Source of the DNA: Bispira polyomma
Taxonomy: Eukaryota
DNA: 64,000 nucleotides
Direction of reading: 5' to 3'
NCBI GenBank assembly: GCA_965649765.1
Contig: OZ287752.1
Span: 16,306,001 to 16,370,000 of the forward strand
In this document: positions 44,301 to 57,700 of the stretch, in pieces
Layout: each line of letters opens with the position of its first letter
Position numbering within the stretch: position 1 is the stretch's first letter
The notes under the pieces: generated by a model
Told to the model about the DNA's origin: nothing
Seen by the model: only the letters and a program-made list of their open reading frames with translations
Database searches by the model: none
Program-made: the position numbers and the translations under genes

Positions 44301-46880
44301 GAGTAGAAAAGGTCTGAATATAGCCAGAGAAGACTATGAAAGTCAGAACAATGCCCTAATGCAAGACATGCCTACACTGTATGAGGGCAGAGTAGATTAT
44401 GTGGAACCTTCCTTTAAAGCTCTAGTCCAAGCACAGGTACAGTACACTACTACCCTCTGTACAATATAGGAATAACACCCGACAAACCATAGTTTATGCA
44501 GAATTTTGCCATGATTCCAGGTTTAGATCAACTCAGGCTTAAAATTTTTAAGGGAGGTGAAGATTACTTTTTTCCAAAATGCAGATTTAGAAATTAATAT
44601 CAGTAAAAATGCTATCCTTTTAGGCTATATTTCCAACGAGAAAAATCATCTCTTATTAAATATCATAAATATTATTGCAAAAAAATATGTGTTCTCCTGT
44701 GCTTTTAAAAGAAGTACCCCAGTTCTAAGAGCTTTTCTTCAATATCTGAAACAAATCTACTGTGAACAGGAATTACTAGCTAAAATAAACCTAAGGATAT
44801 TGCAGTTCCACAGAACTTGAGGAAATGTTAGTACTTTGCTTCAGAGTTGCTAAAAACATTATATATGTACTAAATGTTAATGGTGAACAATATTTTATAC
44901 TTCTATATTCATACTTATTTTTGAAACTATTGTATATGTATATCTTATGTATAATATGTAGTACTATAATGTGCCTATGGCAATAATAAAAAACTATTTA
45001 AAAAAAACCTAAAAACTCAGGCTACATCTTCCTGGTTCTAAACCTTGAATCATAGTAAAATTCTAGTACTAAACCTTGAATCATAGTAAAATTCTGGTAC
45101 TAAACCTTGAATCATTGTAAAATTCTGGTACTAAACCTTGAATCATAGTAAAATTCTGGTATTAAACCTTGAATCATGGTAAAATTCTGGTACTAAATCT
45201 TGAATCCTGGTAAAATCTTAGTCTAAACCTTGAATCATAGTAAAATTCTGGTACTAAACCTTGAATCATGGTAAAATTCTGGTACTAAACCTTGAATCAT
45301 AGTAAAATTCTGGTACTAAACCTTGAATCCTGGTAAAATCCTGGTACTAAACCTTGAATCCTGGTAAAATCCTAGTACTAAATGTTAAATCATTGTAAAA
45401 TTCTGTTACTAAACTTTGAATCATTGTAAAATCCTGGTACTAAACCTTGAATCATGGTAAAATTCTGTGTTTTCCAAGGCTTGGAGTGTGCTATTCCTAT
45501 TGTAACATAACGAAATAATAAAAATGATACAATTTTTATTTCTATCAATCTTTTAACCTACCATTGACCAAAAGTGAAGTAAGGGCCAGTGAATTTTGTT
45601 ACAAAATTGTAAATTAGTGAAAAAATTTTTAAGCTAAAAATTCCACTGATACAATATATATGTAAACTTGCTGTACAAAAATATGGTGGATGCACAAAAT
45701 ATGGAAATTTTTTTTTCAGTGTTCTAAAAAATATTGCATTGCCAAACACGGCTAATAAGTACGTTATTAAGTATTCTCAAGGAATAAATTGTCATATTAA
45801 CTTTCTGATACGTATCATGAAGAATATTTTTGTAATTGGTTATTATAAATATACTGGTCATTTAATATATGTATATGTTGCAGTAAAGTCATGTAATCCC
45901 TGATTTGGTCAGGTAAACATGTATATTCCCTATATCCCTTCTAAAAACAAGATGGCTGCCATGAGTTTCAGCTTGAACACACAGTTGGCCATAACTAGAA
46001 CCAATTTTTGTGTATATTGAACACTATGGGCTGTTATCACAGGCTTTTCACCCAAACGTATTTCCATCAATTTGCTTTTCCCCCTTAACATACATCTGCT
46101 GGTTGCAACTGAAGTGTGAGCACAAACCTATTTCTTTTGTTGGGATCTTAATTGGGATATGTGCCCCAACACAATATGCCTGGACATTAATTGGCATTAA
46201 CATTTGACCTATATACAGACTGTCTTCCTATATCTCCACAGTGGGCTAGTTGATAGAAGTGCCTGCTTTACAATTACTGGCCTCTCTCAACAAGGTGGGT
46301 TGAAATCCGCTTCGTTCCTTCATGTGGGAAAGTTTATCAGGTACTTGCCTGTAGGACTCGGTGGTTTACACAGTGGCTTCATTACTGGGCTTCTTTAACT
46401 CTGTGTTTTCAATGAAAGATATGAAGTTGCTAAAAACTGACATAGTACCATTCAGAGCTAATTAACTACATGACAGGACATAACATTGCTGAAAACTTCA
46501 CACAACGCTTTATCAAGTCGACATCTATTGGAGCACTATTACATATTAAGTGAAGAAACCTAGAATGGGTTTCGAATGCTAGGTTTAAAACATGCCTATT
46601 GGCTTTTCTCCACTGGGACATGCAGATTGGGGTATGCACCACACACACATGATATGCCTGGATATTGGTGGCCATTATCATTTGACTTGTATATACAGAG
46701 TCTTCCTATATGTGTGTGTTTCAGATGAAGTACTTCACAGAGGCCCACATAGTGTACAGTGAACTGTCAGAGAAACTCTGCTCAGGACGACCGGACTTAC
46801 TAGTCAAAGACGATTACGATAAACATGTGCAGCAACGTATTAATGAGATCATAGCACTGTCAATTACTGCAGATAACTAG
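29359..46880 (+). CDS. BIN3: Bridging integrator 3 (N-BAR-only protein), about 257 aa
   Basis: Exons 29359-29369 (least certain), 29482-29530, 31134-31174, 31640-31701, 33461-33597, 35600-35640, 37416-37476, 43520-43600, 44302-44436 and 46725-46880 (TAG). Total 774 nt with consistent phases. Translation MSFRNPFKPHGPKK..AEREFEREAKKL..SPLC..VTEPMKKFSTIFP..AIKKREQSLQEY..AKVDKYHEKERTGP..DMPTLYEGRVDYVEPSF..ALSITADN is colinear with BIN3. Confidence 0.93.
35790..36702. mobile_element. Mutator-like MITE with 9-bp TSD and subterminal repeat arrays
   Basis: TSD ggttataca at 35781-35789 and 36703-36711. Inverted ends g..gaaaactgcccatcagga / tcctgatgggcagttttc..c, with arrays of cccatca / tgatggg. Confidence 0.85.
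38484..38797 (+). mobile_element. tRNA-derived SINE (family A), 5'-clipped copy
   Basis: Reverse-complement match to 6980-7290, with an (atttc)n tail at 38768-38797. Confidence 0.85.
39211..39262 (-). ncRNA. Minimal type I hammerhead ribozyme candidate
   Basis: Minus strand reads CUGAUGA-GCC-ucuuc-GGC-GAAA-C-cgu-GUC. Predicted cleavage after position 39224. Stem I is imperfect (gu/ac plus acaua/uaugu). Confidence 0.65.
39619..42211 (-). pseudogene. Penelope-like reverse transcriptase plus GIY-YIG endonuclease, disrupted
   Basis: Motifs IINLS..LLSKGLNFCP, DLDNFHRDLRRRHFF, FKNKSTWQP, IKPADKGSAVV, FYTLPKIHK, PGRPI, RFIDDIF, NFLD, LYSKPT, a Cys linker PCTTAKCRYC, NLIYCITC..C..QYVGQT and PQGLN. 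Frameshifts near 41822 and in the G12 run at 41620-41631. Motif A reads LEVTSLY (Asp to Glu) and GTAMDT replaces GTAMGT. Confidence 0.9.
42232..43386 (-). CDS. ORF1 of the Penelope-like element: low-complexity N-terminus, helical core, Arg/Ser/Gly-rich basic tail (putative nucleic-acid-binding protein)
   Basis: 384 open codons on the same strand as, and directly upstream of, the RT region, with the same base composition. Tail RRPTRPRSRSRGRR..RGRGRGSRGTSRGRG. The listed start is TTG and the true start is uncertain. Confidence 0.7.
   Translation of the reverse strand: MAEISDSPTVQIKSDTAIDTEGKQNSLPHTSAQQPNAHTMIDTTSFISAQKNKKRCRIHTISSYSTTSSESVTNDITDSQIRNNAPTDISHPDSLQNGSLPNQQTVTTPQAQPAIPTPNSDKSVSFQVQNQQDTPVFNVKTEAMDLWRQTRSALSAAEKAKLRAAYLNQLVTEDTLPPWAMGLEPVPSHLLPKDKSDLIIQKLKEAGRHLVLSLAEELEAKHIKDTAMGHALTRSVEHVYGSDTNGAKEALNFLATLVQKDKDTTSTTISKMISQIRANPVTNQAISARWFATSTEETNRNHPNAQRRPTRPRSRSRGRRPGPSFPRTTLRGQSPKSTYQRSRSPAFRGRGRGSRGTSRGRGTPANRNIVLTPREEALIRAFRQ
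43682..43900 (+). mobile_element. tRNA-derived SINE related to family B
   Basis: ggggccgtggtggcctagt..tcactgacctctcacctctggg..caggtacttgccgtagg..gtggtttcc..ttaaaatcc. Related diverged copies near 470-600, 8510-8690, 12655-12850 (-), 46240-46380, 47010-47170 and 51060-51210 (-). Confidence 0.65.
44540..45013 (+). mobile_element. 5'-truncated L1/Tx1-type LINE 3' end with A-rich tail and 10-bp TSD
   Basis: TSD aactcaggct at 44530-44539 and 45014-45023. Peptide ILLGY..LLNIINIIAKKYVFSC resembles an L1/Tx1 ORF2 C-terminus. Tail aataataaaaaa..aaaaaaaa. Confidence 0.7.
45033..45467. repeat. 31-bp tandem repeat, about 14 copies
   Basis: Unit ggtactaaaccttgaatcat(a/g)gtaaaattct. Confidence 0.95.
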
Positions 46881-48737
46881 CCACTTAGAGAGCTTTTTAG
46901 GTATCGCTTAACTTCCAGCAAGTATCTGTGATGGATCTATATTAGGAATATTTGTAGTTATGTTCAAACTTGTATAATAAAACAGTCGCCCGTCTTATTA
47001 AGATTTACAGGGGCCTCAGTGTCGCAGTGCTAACACAGTCGCCTCCCGCCTCTATCTTCCTGGTTTGAATATCATCTCGGGCTTTAACTGGGAATGTTGG
47101 CAGTTCATTGCTGATGGTAGCTGGTTTTCAGTATAGTATCTTGAGCAACTGCTATACACTAGTTTCCCCCACCATTCATTTTAGAAGAGCTTTCAGCACT
47201 GAATTCAAATCTGCAGTCAGATTTTATGTAACTCCACTCTAGCCAGAGACATTGGCACTTCAGATTTGAGTTTGAGTCTGAGTTGAGCTTAATAACCTTC
47301 AAAGTTCAAACTTTTATCAAATTATGTTGGTTTCAATTGCTAAGCACTTCTTACTGTCGTGAATATTGGTAGTGGTACATTTAAACTTAAATAAATGGTG
47401 AATTGTTTAGTCCTCACCAAAAACAAACTCGGGTTCAGCAAAACAACAGTGTTAATGGGACCAATTCTTTAACACAAAATTCTCTACAATCAAGTACAAG
47501 GCTGAAGAAAGCAGCTGTAAAATAAAATAAGTGTAGAATTTTTTTCTCTGTTATACCTATGTGGGTAATTTTGAGGTAGTGTATGTCTAAAGATTTCTAG
47601 AAAAATTTACATATGAATTATTTAAATAACACAAAAAGACATTATTTGTACTTATAGATCGGTTAAGTTTTTTCATTTTTTTCCCCTATTTCAGTTGGTC
47701 TAGGTCCTCACTAAGATTGTACAAGCAGATTATTTGTTGTAGTAGTGTTATTTGTATTAAGGTTTGAATTTCTCAATATTTTGTGAACATGGCAATACCA
47801 ATGTTTAAACCATACAGTTGGAACTCTTTAAGTAGAGTCAATTGTACTTTTATGTGGAGAAAATATCTATAGTCCCCAAAAAGCTTTTCAACTCTATTGG
47901 GTTTTGTAGAAATCCTGCTTATGTAGAGGTATATTTCCTGGTCCCTTGAGGTTTGACTTAAAAAGGTTCAACTGTAGAGTATATATCACATGTTAATGGA
48001 CCTCTTTGTTTTTGTTTGTGTAAATAAATGGAGTAAAAGATGCAGGGGTGAACTTTTCTTTTGATATTCTGGTAGAATTTGTTGCTTTACCTCTTTGGCC
48101 GAATACTGTGAAAACTCAAGATAGCTGCCAAAGATTGAAAGGTCAACTTACACTAGTTATCTGTAGACCATCTGCCACTGTGGCCTAGTGGCTAACCCAC
48201 TTGCTTTGGAATGCAGAGGACCTGAGTTCAACCTCAACTTGGGGCAATCAGTCATTTATATTAATTTATATAAGCAGACATTTATATTACATTTTTACAA
48301 ATATTATGAGATTCGATGGGTTAAATTTTAGTTTAGGTATTTTCTTCTACATCAATGTTTTGTATTTAATGCATGCATTATGGCGGCATCAGTGGGTCAG
48401 TTTACTCGAAGCCTAGCCTTGACTCGAAGCCCAACATAAACGTAGCCCACAATAAGTACATGTCACCTAAAGTTATGGCACTTTAAGTGAACACAACGGT
48501 TCCCCCACCTGTGCAAGTAGAGCCCTGGACTGGTCATTCTGATTTTTAACTTTAAGGGTGCAACAAGGGAAAATTTCAGAAAAATTATTTTACGGACAAT
48601 TTACATCTATTTTGAGTGGTTCTAGTATTTTATCAAGAGTGCTGTTTATTCATAATAGGATACATACTATCATGTACGGATTTATCTTTACTGTATTTTG
48701 CAGAGCATGGGCTCCAAATGGAAAAAACTGCACTAGA

Positions 48738-48775
<38 letters not shown>

Positions 48776-51204
48776 AAAGTTATTTATTGTAGTGCCACCT
48801 GCGTATACATAAAACATGAACTTTTAGACATTAGCTACGCAGCCAGCCCAATGAAACTTAAGCTTACAAGGCACTGCTTATAGATACATTTTAGATTTTT
48901 AGCATATATACAATAGATATTACTATATACAATTTACATAGTATACAAGTAAAAATTTACATCAAGCAAAGTATAAGTTTACAAAACATGGATGAGGTTG
49001 ATTAATGCATGTCATTTTTAATTGGTTATGGCTTACTAGTTTAAAACAGATTTTATATTTAAGAATATTTTTTTATTATATAGTCCTTTAAAGATGTTAA
49101 TATTTTTTTCTTCATTAATAGGTCAAAAGTTTGTATTATCATCAAAACTGTTCCATTCGATGTATCGAGCATTTGTGTTCTGAGAGAATGCAAGTTTCTT
49201 AGTTTTGTGGTAGTTACAGTAAAAACTAAGTGAATTTCGTCTTTAATATCTTTGTCACACACATAATGGAACATTACACGTGCGTGTTTAAAATATAAAA
49301 TATATGCACCAATGTTTGAGGCATTGGTACCTAGGCACTGAAGCTCGAAGGATTTCCTCTTGTTATAGAGAGATACTGAATAGGTTCGTAAAATTGAGCA
49401 CATTTTCTTTTTTGACATACATGGAGAAGCTGATCTTTATAAGAAAGAGTGTCCCAGTCATTAACTCTAGATCATGCTGTCTTTTATTTTAACATTTGAT
49501 ACGTTTTAACTTATTTTTGCATCTGTTACAAATAATTGTAGAACTGAAAAATCCATTTGATGCCTATTTATGATCTTACCTTATTTATGGTCTTACTTAA
49601 AAATGTAACATATAAGTATATTAAATACAACATAAATAAGCTCTGGTTGAACCCAGATAATAAATTAAAATGATATTATACAGCCCCAATATCCAGGGTG
49701 CAGAACTTTCAACTTGTTTTCTGGTCTATATATTTGTTATACATTACAGGCCTCATACCAAGTATTGGGAAAACAAATTCTAGAAATATAGGAATTTGAA
49801 ACGTATGAATATAATATAAATATAGAGATTTTGTAAGGATTTCCAGTAAAAAGATGGACTAAATTTAATCACTAAAGAGGCACTGCTCAACCATTCCCTG
49901 TATAAACAATGGCATTAAATATCAAACTTGGGGTTACTTGCACTGTTTCAAGCGATCATTATGTAATTAAAAAATTGATTATAAAACTCCTCTGTAATCT
50001 AGGAAAGTCTAAACATGTTGAAGCAGGTCTTGGTTTGTGGGACTTAGAGATCTGAGAAGAATCAGAAGATATCTGCCAAATAATGTTGCAATTAAAGTTG
50101 CCAATGTTTTTGTCCATACAAGATGCGAGTACTGCAATTGACTGTGTCAGAGTTTTATAAATAAGGATTTTAACAAATTGCAGTGCAATCTGAACTCTTT
50201 AGCACGTCTGGTTTGTTGTTCATCCAGACTGTTACATGTTTCACCCACAGTTTCCTTAAACTGAAGAGCAGGCAAAGTGTTTAATTTGGTAAAACAAGTT
50301 CATAACACCTTTTGGCTATTTATTTTTACATACAAAACATGTTGGTCCAAATCTACACACCGTTAACTCAGAGATAGCTTACTTCAGTTCACATGCACTT
50401 GAATGGTAAAGTTAAGGCTTTAAGCCTGTTTTAGCCTTAAAAAGGATGTTACTTTAGAGTGGCTTAAGCCCCTTGAATATCTGAGCCCATCAATTTGTTT
50501 GGTTTGACAAACTGCTAGATGTCCGAGCTCAATGTTGTATAATCTTTGAAGCCATATTATTCGGGGCTTTATATAGAGAGCCAGCTAGCAGACCAAGTAG
50601 CAAACTGTATATACCAAGCAAACATGTACAACTGAAAAATTCTATCAATTTCCAAGAATTAACAATACCACTTTTTATATATGGGAATACCATTATCTGT
50701 AATCTTGGGTCATCTTGATCACTCACCTGGACAGCCTGGGAAAACTGTTACCTGTGGAATAGTTTGCCTCAATACACCATGCATGACAGCTCCTACCTTA
50801 CATTCCTCCTGTCGTAGATTAAAAACATATTTGCTTAATGATGTGCTTCTCTCCATGGTCGTTTGAGTTGTCTCCCAGGTCTTGCTTGATCTTTCGATGA
50901 CTTTTTTGTTCACAACGTATGATTTGTGTATTCTGATCATCATTTTAACCAAGGCTTTAACATTTGTTATAACAAAATATAAGTGCTAAAAATTTTGATA
51001 ATAGGCAATCAAATAAATAACAGTACAGTTAATTGTAAAATTGTAATAGTTGTTTTGTCACTTTCAACAGCTCAGGTCAGATTAAACATCGGGAAAAAAA
51101 AAGTTCTAAAGCACTGTAAAGCATTGACCTGTGGCAAGTACCTAACAATCTTTGCAACATGAACAAACATAATTTGAACCCACATTGGTGAAAGACCAGT
51201 GATT

Positions 51205-51456
51205 GTGAAACAGGAAGAAAAAAATAGCGGAGAGTGAGCTTGTGTCACATATAGCTTGTGTCACATCTAAAGATATAATCTGTGAAACAGGAAAAAAATA
51301 GTGGAGAGTGAGCTTGTATCACATCTAAAGATATAATCTAAGAAACAGGAAAAAAATAGTGGAGAGTGAGCCTGTGTCACATCTAAAGATATAATCTAAG
51401 AAACAGGAAAAAAATAGTGGAGAGTGAGCTTGTGTCACATCAAAAGATATAATCTC
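51205..51456. repeat. ~58-bp tandem repeat, about 4 copies
   Basis: Unit gaaacaggaaaaaaatagtggagagtgagcttgtgtcacatctaaagatataatct. Confidence 0.9.
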
Positions 51457-51731
51457 TGTCTTAACACAAGTGCACCTGACAAACAAGGTCAGAGTTTTAC
51501 ATAGTTTGGTGGGCTAATTTCTTTATTAATCACCTATCTCCTTAAACAAATAGAACAATCTATAGTGTTTGTGGAGGTAGGTATCCGGTGTAAAAATGAT
51601 GTAAAGTGCTGTTAAAGTGATACAAGTAACAGGCACAGATGAACACTAGAATATACGTTACGTGGTATATAAATAAATGGACATGAACAAAGATGTATAC
51701 ATATATAAGGAATGAGTGATCACAAGGGAAT

Positions 51732-54700
51732 ATGTACAGTATTAGAACCAAAAGAATAATGTCATATGTAGCAATTTGTACACTTTTGATTTCAAGCGTG
51801 ACTTGGATGTTTTTGTATACTAAAGGTAAGCAGACACTACAACTTATATATAGTACAAACTAATGATTTATATCTTTTATGTGGATAGATTAACATTTTT
51901 ATTTATATAACTCCATTCTGTGGATTTAAAGTGTGATTTAACCTTTTGACACCATTAATGCAGTCATCCAAACTAATAATATATCTGAAATGATCTATTT
52001 CATGGGGATAGATTAACATATGTATTCATATGCATATTTTACTCTTTTTATGTCACTCCTTTCTGGGGATGTCAAGTGCTACATAACCGTTTCTTGAATA
52101 CATATATGCATCTCCAAAGGTTTTAGCTTGCAGCTGGTGATAGGACCCAATGACTGATGAGCACCATTTTAATTCAAGGGCCAGTTATCACCAAGAGACA
52201 AATATTTAGTAAAATACCTTGAGCTTGAGTGTGTTTTGGTGAGGTGTGATTTTCTTGTATTTTTTGCTTCCAAATTGATAATTTCAAACTACACTATTCA
52301 TGTCTGAATAAATCCAATTGACATGTAAAATTTGTTCTTAACAAAGTAGAGACAGTTGCAGTGTATTTCTTATTTCATTCTTCATTTTATTCCTTAGCTA
52401 CTTTCATAAATCAGAAGGGTCACCATACCAAAAACAATAAAGCCAGTGTTGCCCACAATGTGTATATACATACCTCACAACAGAGATCTGACCAGCAGAC
52501 AGTAGAGAAGAGTTCAATAAGTACACAAGAAATTAATGGCACAATTGGGGTAACACACAATAAAGCTGATGACACAGGTAGAGCTGGTAAAACTGATAAC
52601 GTCCCTGTATGTGTCAAGTATCGACAAGAGATAGACCTGGTTCATACAGTCCAGCTTAATGTTTTTGGTGAGAGGGACTCTTCATCTGATGTGGTGTGTC
52701 TTCTGACACAGATGTCTTTCTCCAGGGTGGACATGATACAGAAGATAGCAGATCATTGGACAGGTGAGTTTGGTAAAGATACCAGAAAAGTGAGTTGGTA
52801 AACACTGTATAGAATGGAAATGACAGCTTGGTAAAGACAGTATGTAATTGAAAAGGTAAATTTGGTAAAGATAACTGACCAGTAGAAACGTGGGTTCGGT
52901 AAATGTATAAATATGTCAGTTTGAGGAGAAAGCTCATGAAAACACATGTACTTCATACAACTATTATATTAGAAACAACAATCGGGTTCTAAACAAACAC
53001 ATATCCTCGATCAATCTACTCTGTGGTATACACGCCACTGTTCAAGTTACTACATATTGTTACAGTAAAGATAGCATCCAGTATATAGGTGAGTTTGATG
53101 AAGATACCAGCCAGAAGAAATGTGAGTTTGATGAAGATAACAGCCAGTAGATAGATGAGTTTCATTAAGATAACAGCCAGTAGAAATGTGAGTTTGATGA
53201 GGGTAACAAACCAGTAGAAATGTGAGTTTGATGAAGATAACAGCCAGTAGAAATGTGAGTTTGATGAAGATAACAGCCAGTCGATAGGTAAGTTTGATTA
53301 AGATCACATCCAGTAGAAAGGAATGTGCTGAAAGGAAGTGTGGGCTTAGTCTGATATTTTCTCAAATTTGTGTGCCTCTCAAACAATTTATGTGTCATTT
53401 TACTAACAAACACGTACACCTAAATAATACATGTAACTACAGACAACCAATATTTACCCTTTATACATAACAAAATGCAAACTTTAGTCCTTGACTTTTG
53501 TATATGCTGTGGGCCGTTTTAAAACATTTGGCAACATTCCATGACTTTTTCAACATGGCCTGATCATTTTAAACATCCCAAAAATGGGAACATTATTGTT
53601 AACTGACATATAGGTGGTCTCCCGTAGCCTAGTGGGAACAGAGTTGGTCTGTAGATCAGAATGTCTCTAGTTTGACTCCTGCTAACGATGCTAGATTTAT
53701 TGGGGAATAACATTCTTGGGTACAAGCCATTGTTCACTAATGACAAGGCTATGTTAAAGGCCTTCCATTTTGTGGATTCAGGGCCTTACAGGATGATATA
53801 TCATTAAAAAATATGCCACTTGTTTTTTCCACACAGGTCCTATCTCAACGACAATTTACATCAGAGAGGAAGAACAAAATCGCACTACACAAATACTGTC
53901 TGAATGGCTCACTAGAACCGGGCGAACTAATATTGCAGTCCATTTTGTTATTGCTAAAGGGGTAAAGTATTAAAAATATTAGCACTGACACAATGCACTT
54001 CAGAAAAAACTTAGTGAAAGTAATGCATGTGATGGATTGTATGCAACAAATTATATTAGTAGTTTAATGATATTTATCTAAAACGTTGCTTAGGGGAACA
54101 TATTGCAAGAAAATTATAAGAGAGTTGACATTTTCCTTAAATTGTAGGGATTTGAATATTGTCAGCAAAATATGTAAATCCTGATATCCGTTGAAAAATA
54201 TTAAGGTGTAATCTTTGTTGCAATAATGTGACAAATTTTACTCTGCTTGTGGAATGTGTTGGCCAGTTCGGAATAGCGGATGACCTCCGTCCTGGTATAC
54301 ACTGGAGTAGGCCTTGCATTGGAGGTTTGGGGAATATATAAAAATGCATCCTTGTTGAATGTGTAACTGTTGTGATAAATAAAGCTCTACCTCAACCTCA
54401 CCTCTGGTTCAAGTTATGACAAATGTCAAGCAAAATCTGTCATTTTTGTTTCTATATATTACAAGAGCGGTCATTATCACTGTATATGGTTAATGGTAAT
54501 TAACGTCATTATTTGTATTCATATTCAAATTTACACTCGCGCATTTGTCTACCTTTACGTGGAATTTAAATAACGCTCTACTGACTGCATAAAAACAAGC
54601 ACCATTAACTGCTATTCACCTAAATGAAGACAGAGTTCTGAGGATGACTATTTATCAACACCCGAAATTTCTGTAGCCTGGAGTTGAATTTGAATTTAGA

Positions 54701-57700
54701 TATTTAATGTCCACTCTAGTACCTTTTAGTAGGTTATATTGGGACGGGTAGTTGGAAATGCTGGAGGAAACACTGCATACAGTTGATCAAGGTTCTGCAG
54801 AGAAACCAGCGCCCCACAGTAAGGAACTACCACCTTTCCCACATAGGCATCGACGGGATTCGAACTCACGCCGCCCAGAGGTGAGAAACCAGTGATTGTG
54901 AAGCGCAATGCTTGCTAACCACTAGGCCACCGCTGCCCCTCTGTAGCCTGGAGATCATACCTAATAAGCCAATAAGATGTCATCTAACCCACTGTTTATC
55001 TGCCTGCACCTGGGAGCTCCAGGCTAGCTGGTATTGAATCCAGGTCCTCTACATTTATAAACCAGTGTGTCACTAACTAGGCTACAGAGCCAGATGGAAA
55101 CCCATTACTGAAAATAGCTAATATGAATGGTTTAGTGTTTCAAGAAATTCAGTAAATTTAGTAAATATAACTATATTAGCTTATCAATTCCCACTAAATA
55201 TATCCTTTAACCAATATTGCTTTAATACTGTAATTTATTGACACAATAATTATTAATTTATTGGTACTGTCTAAATTTTAATGTTTATTAGACATTCTAC
55301 CCAGTGAATCGCTTGCGAAATGTTGCTTTGAAGAACACACAGGCAAAATTTGTCCTAATGATAGATGCAGATTTCCTTCCAAATAGAGATCTGTATGACA
55401 AGATAGTGAAGATGGTGAAAGATGGAGGATTAAGTAATAACAAAGTAAATTTTACTTTCATTTATGAATTGATGGTGGCACTAAACCACAAAAACAAAAT
55501 CTGTGACTAATTGAAGTCATGCATGACTGATAGTGATAGTTTTCTGGGTATTTATTTTGATATTTAACTTCCGGTAACTTAGGAACTCTATGTTACCTTA
55601 AAGTCGGAAGTAATAATAGTAAATACTATCTGTCTTATCAGTTATGCTGTTGGTTTTAATTTCAAAAATAGGGTTAACATTTAGAAACAGTAACATATAT
55701 CTCTTAAGATAGCTTTATCTAATGATTGTATTTATGTAAAAGACTGATTATCAAACTTATCAATCCTCTAATATATTACATCAATTTTGTGTACTCCAAT
55801 CTCTAGAAAGCCATAGTGATACCCGCCTTTGAAATGGTGAGCAATACCACCAAATTTCCAGCTGCAAAAGCAGAGGTCATCAAGCATTACAAAAAGAAAG
55901 CACTCATTACTTTCCAGTAAGTATGGTTTTTAAAATAGGTAGGTGTATTAATATTTCTTTTTAAGTAGTCCTATACATCACCCACCAACTTTATAATTAA
56001 ATTAGGGTGTGATTTCCAACTTGTGTCAGAAACTTTGTTTCATCACTGACATCAAATGTTTTTTTTTCTCCTTTTTGCCCTTGTAATATGGTGCCTTTCT
56101 ATTGCTTCACACTAGCTATGCAATGCCAATTGGATTTCGAAATATCAATCTTCATATACAGAAAGAGTAAATATAAGTTGTTATTGTTTTTGAAATAATT
56201 TAATTAATACTCTCATGTTTCAAACATCTTCAAGATATATTCAAGGCAATATATTTTCAAAAGAAGATTTTATGGCTTACAAATACAAGAAAATAACCTG
56301 AATGTATTTCCTTACTACACAAGGACCGTAAATTCCAATAAAATTTTGACACTTGTGTTTTGACTACACAAATAAGCTCAGTCAGAAAGAAATATAGTAA
56401 TTGATCCTTAAATGATTGAGAGTTAAAATATTGGTTGAAACTTCTTGTTGTTAAATATTCTTTCAGTGAGCAGAAATACAGACAAGGTCATCAGGCTACT
56501 AAAACAGCAAGTTGGATGACAACCAATACGATGTATAAGGTTAAGTATTTGTATATGAAAGTATTCTTGATGCTGATTGGTCAATCTTGCATATGAAATA
56601 ACAGTGTGTGCTCATAATTTTCTATTGATTTTCAAAATTTATGTAATGGACTAGGAATAACAACCAGATTTTTTAACAGATCAACCCACAAATCATGTGT
56701 AAAATATAGTTAGTACGAGATCTTTCACAGATGTTGAGTTTGTGCTAAATTATGTGACTGATATTCCAATATAATATCATTTCATATTGAACCCATGGAT
56801 TAGGTTTTTCGCTACCATTTATTTTAAGCCACAGATTTTTAAAAATTTTTTTATGAAAAGTTTGATTAATGTTTTGAACAAAAATATAAAAAAAATATGT
56901 CATACCAGACTCTTTCAAAACCTACAGAGATTTGAATATGGTATGTATTTCACTCATTACGGATTATGGGGAATACGGATCAGGAATATATTGTAAACAT
57001 TATCACCCAGGAATCCTGTCCCATGGATGGACATAACAAACAGATCAATCAAGGTTCATACATTTGTAGTGATTCTTTGAAAGATCATCAATCACTAAGT
57101 AATAATATTGGCATATTACCTTACTTGTAGTTCAATACTATGAAACATTATATTTGTATTTTTATTGATACTTAATATTTGAACACAGTTAATTGTATTA
57201 AATGCCTTTTTAAATTTAAGCTTAACATTATACCTAGAACTTGTAAGATAACATGTAAAATTTCATTAAATTTGTTATTAGTTGAAAATGATCACCAATA
57301 AGTCTTCAGTGTGCAATCTCCCAACCAAAACAAAAGCTATAAATAAGGCTTATTGGACTAAAATGATTTAGAAAGCAATTTTGTTCCATTTGTATGTAAC
57401 AATGAATGTAATTGCTGGTTTTAGGGATCGATTATAGTGGATTAGATGAAAGAGGTTAATGCCTTGTCGATACTCTGACTTGTTCCTATGTCTATTTAGA
57501 TATGGTACAGACTCACTTATGAACCCTATGTCATTATATCAAGAAAAGAGTCACCCATGTACAGCGAGAGATTTTTACACAGATTTTTCAACAAGGTATC
57601 TCATATATATGAACTACATCAAAAGGGGTATGTATAAATGTACCTAATATACATACTTAATATAAATTATTTAGTTTGATAAACTTTAAGTGATGAGCTT

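Larger units (their letters stand above)
44460..45504. mobile_element. MITE with inverted ends, hosting an L1-type insertion and a 31-bp satellite
   Basis: Left end taggaataacac..cagaattttgccatgattccaggtttag is the inverse of the right end ctaaaccttgaatcatggtaaaattctg..gtgctattccta. A lone right end also occurs at 23896-23958. Confidence 0.7.

Noticed and set aside
45033-45467. Regular ~31-bp repeats suggestive of a CRISPR array
   Set aside because: Head-to-tail units with no unique spacers, in a eukaryotic intron, with no cas genes.
49500-51000. Short minus-strand ORFs, including 50719-50952 with a donor-like end
   Set aside because: No recognisable domain, and no consistent exon chain could be built.
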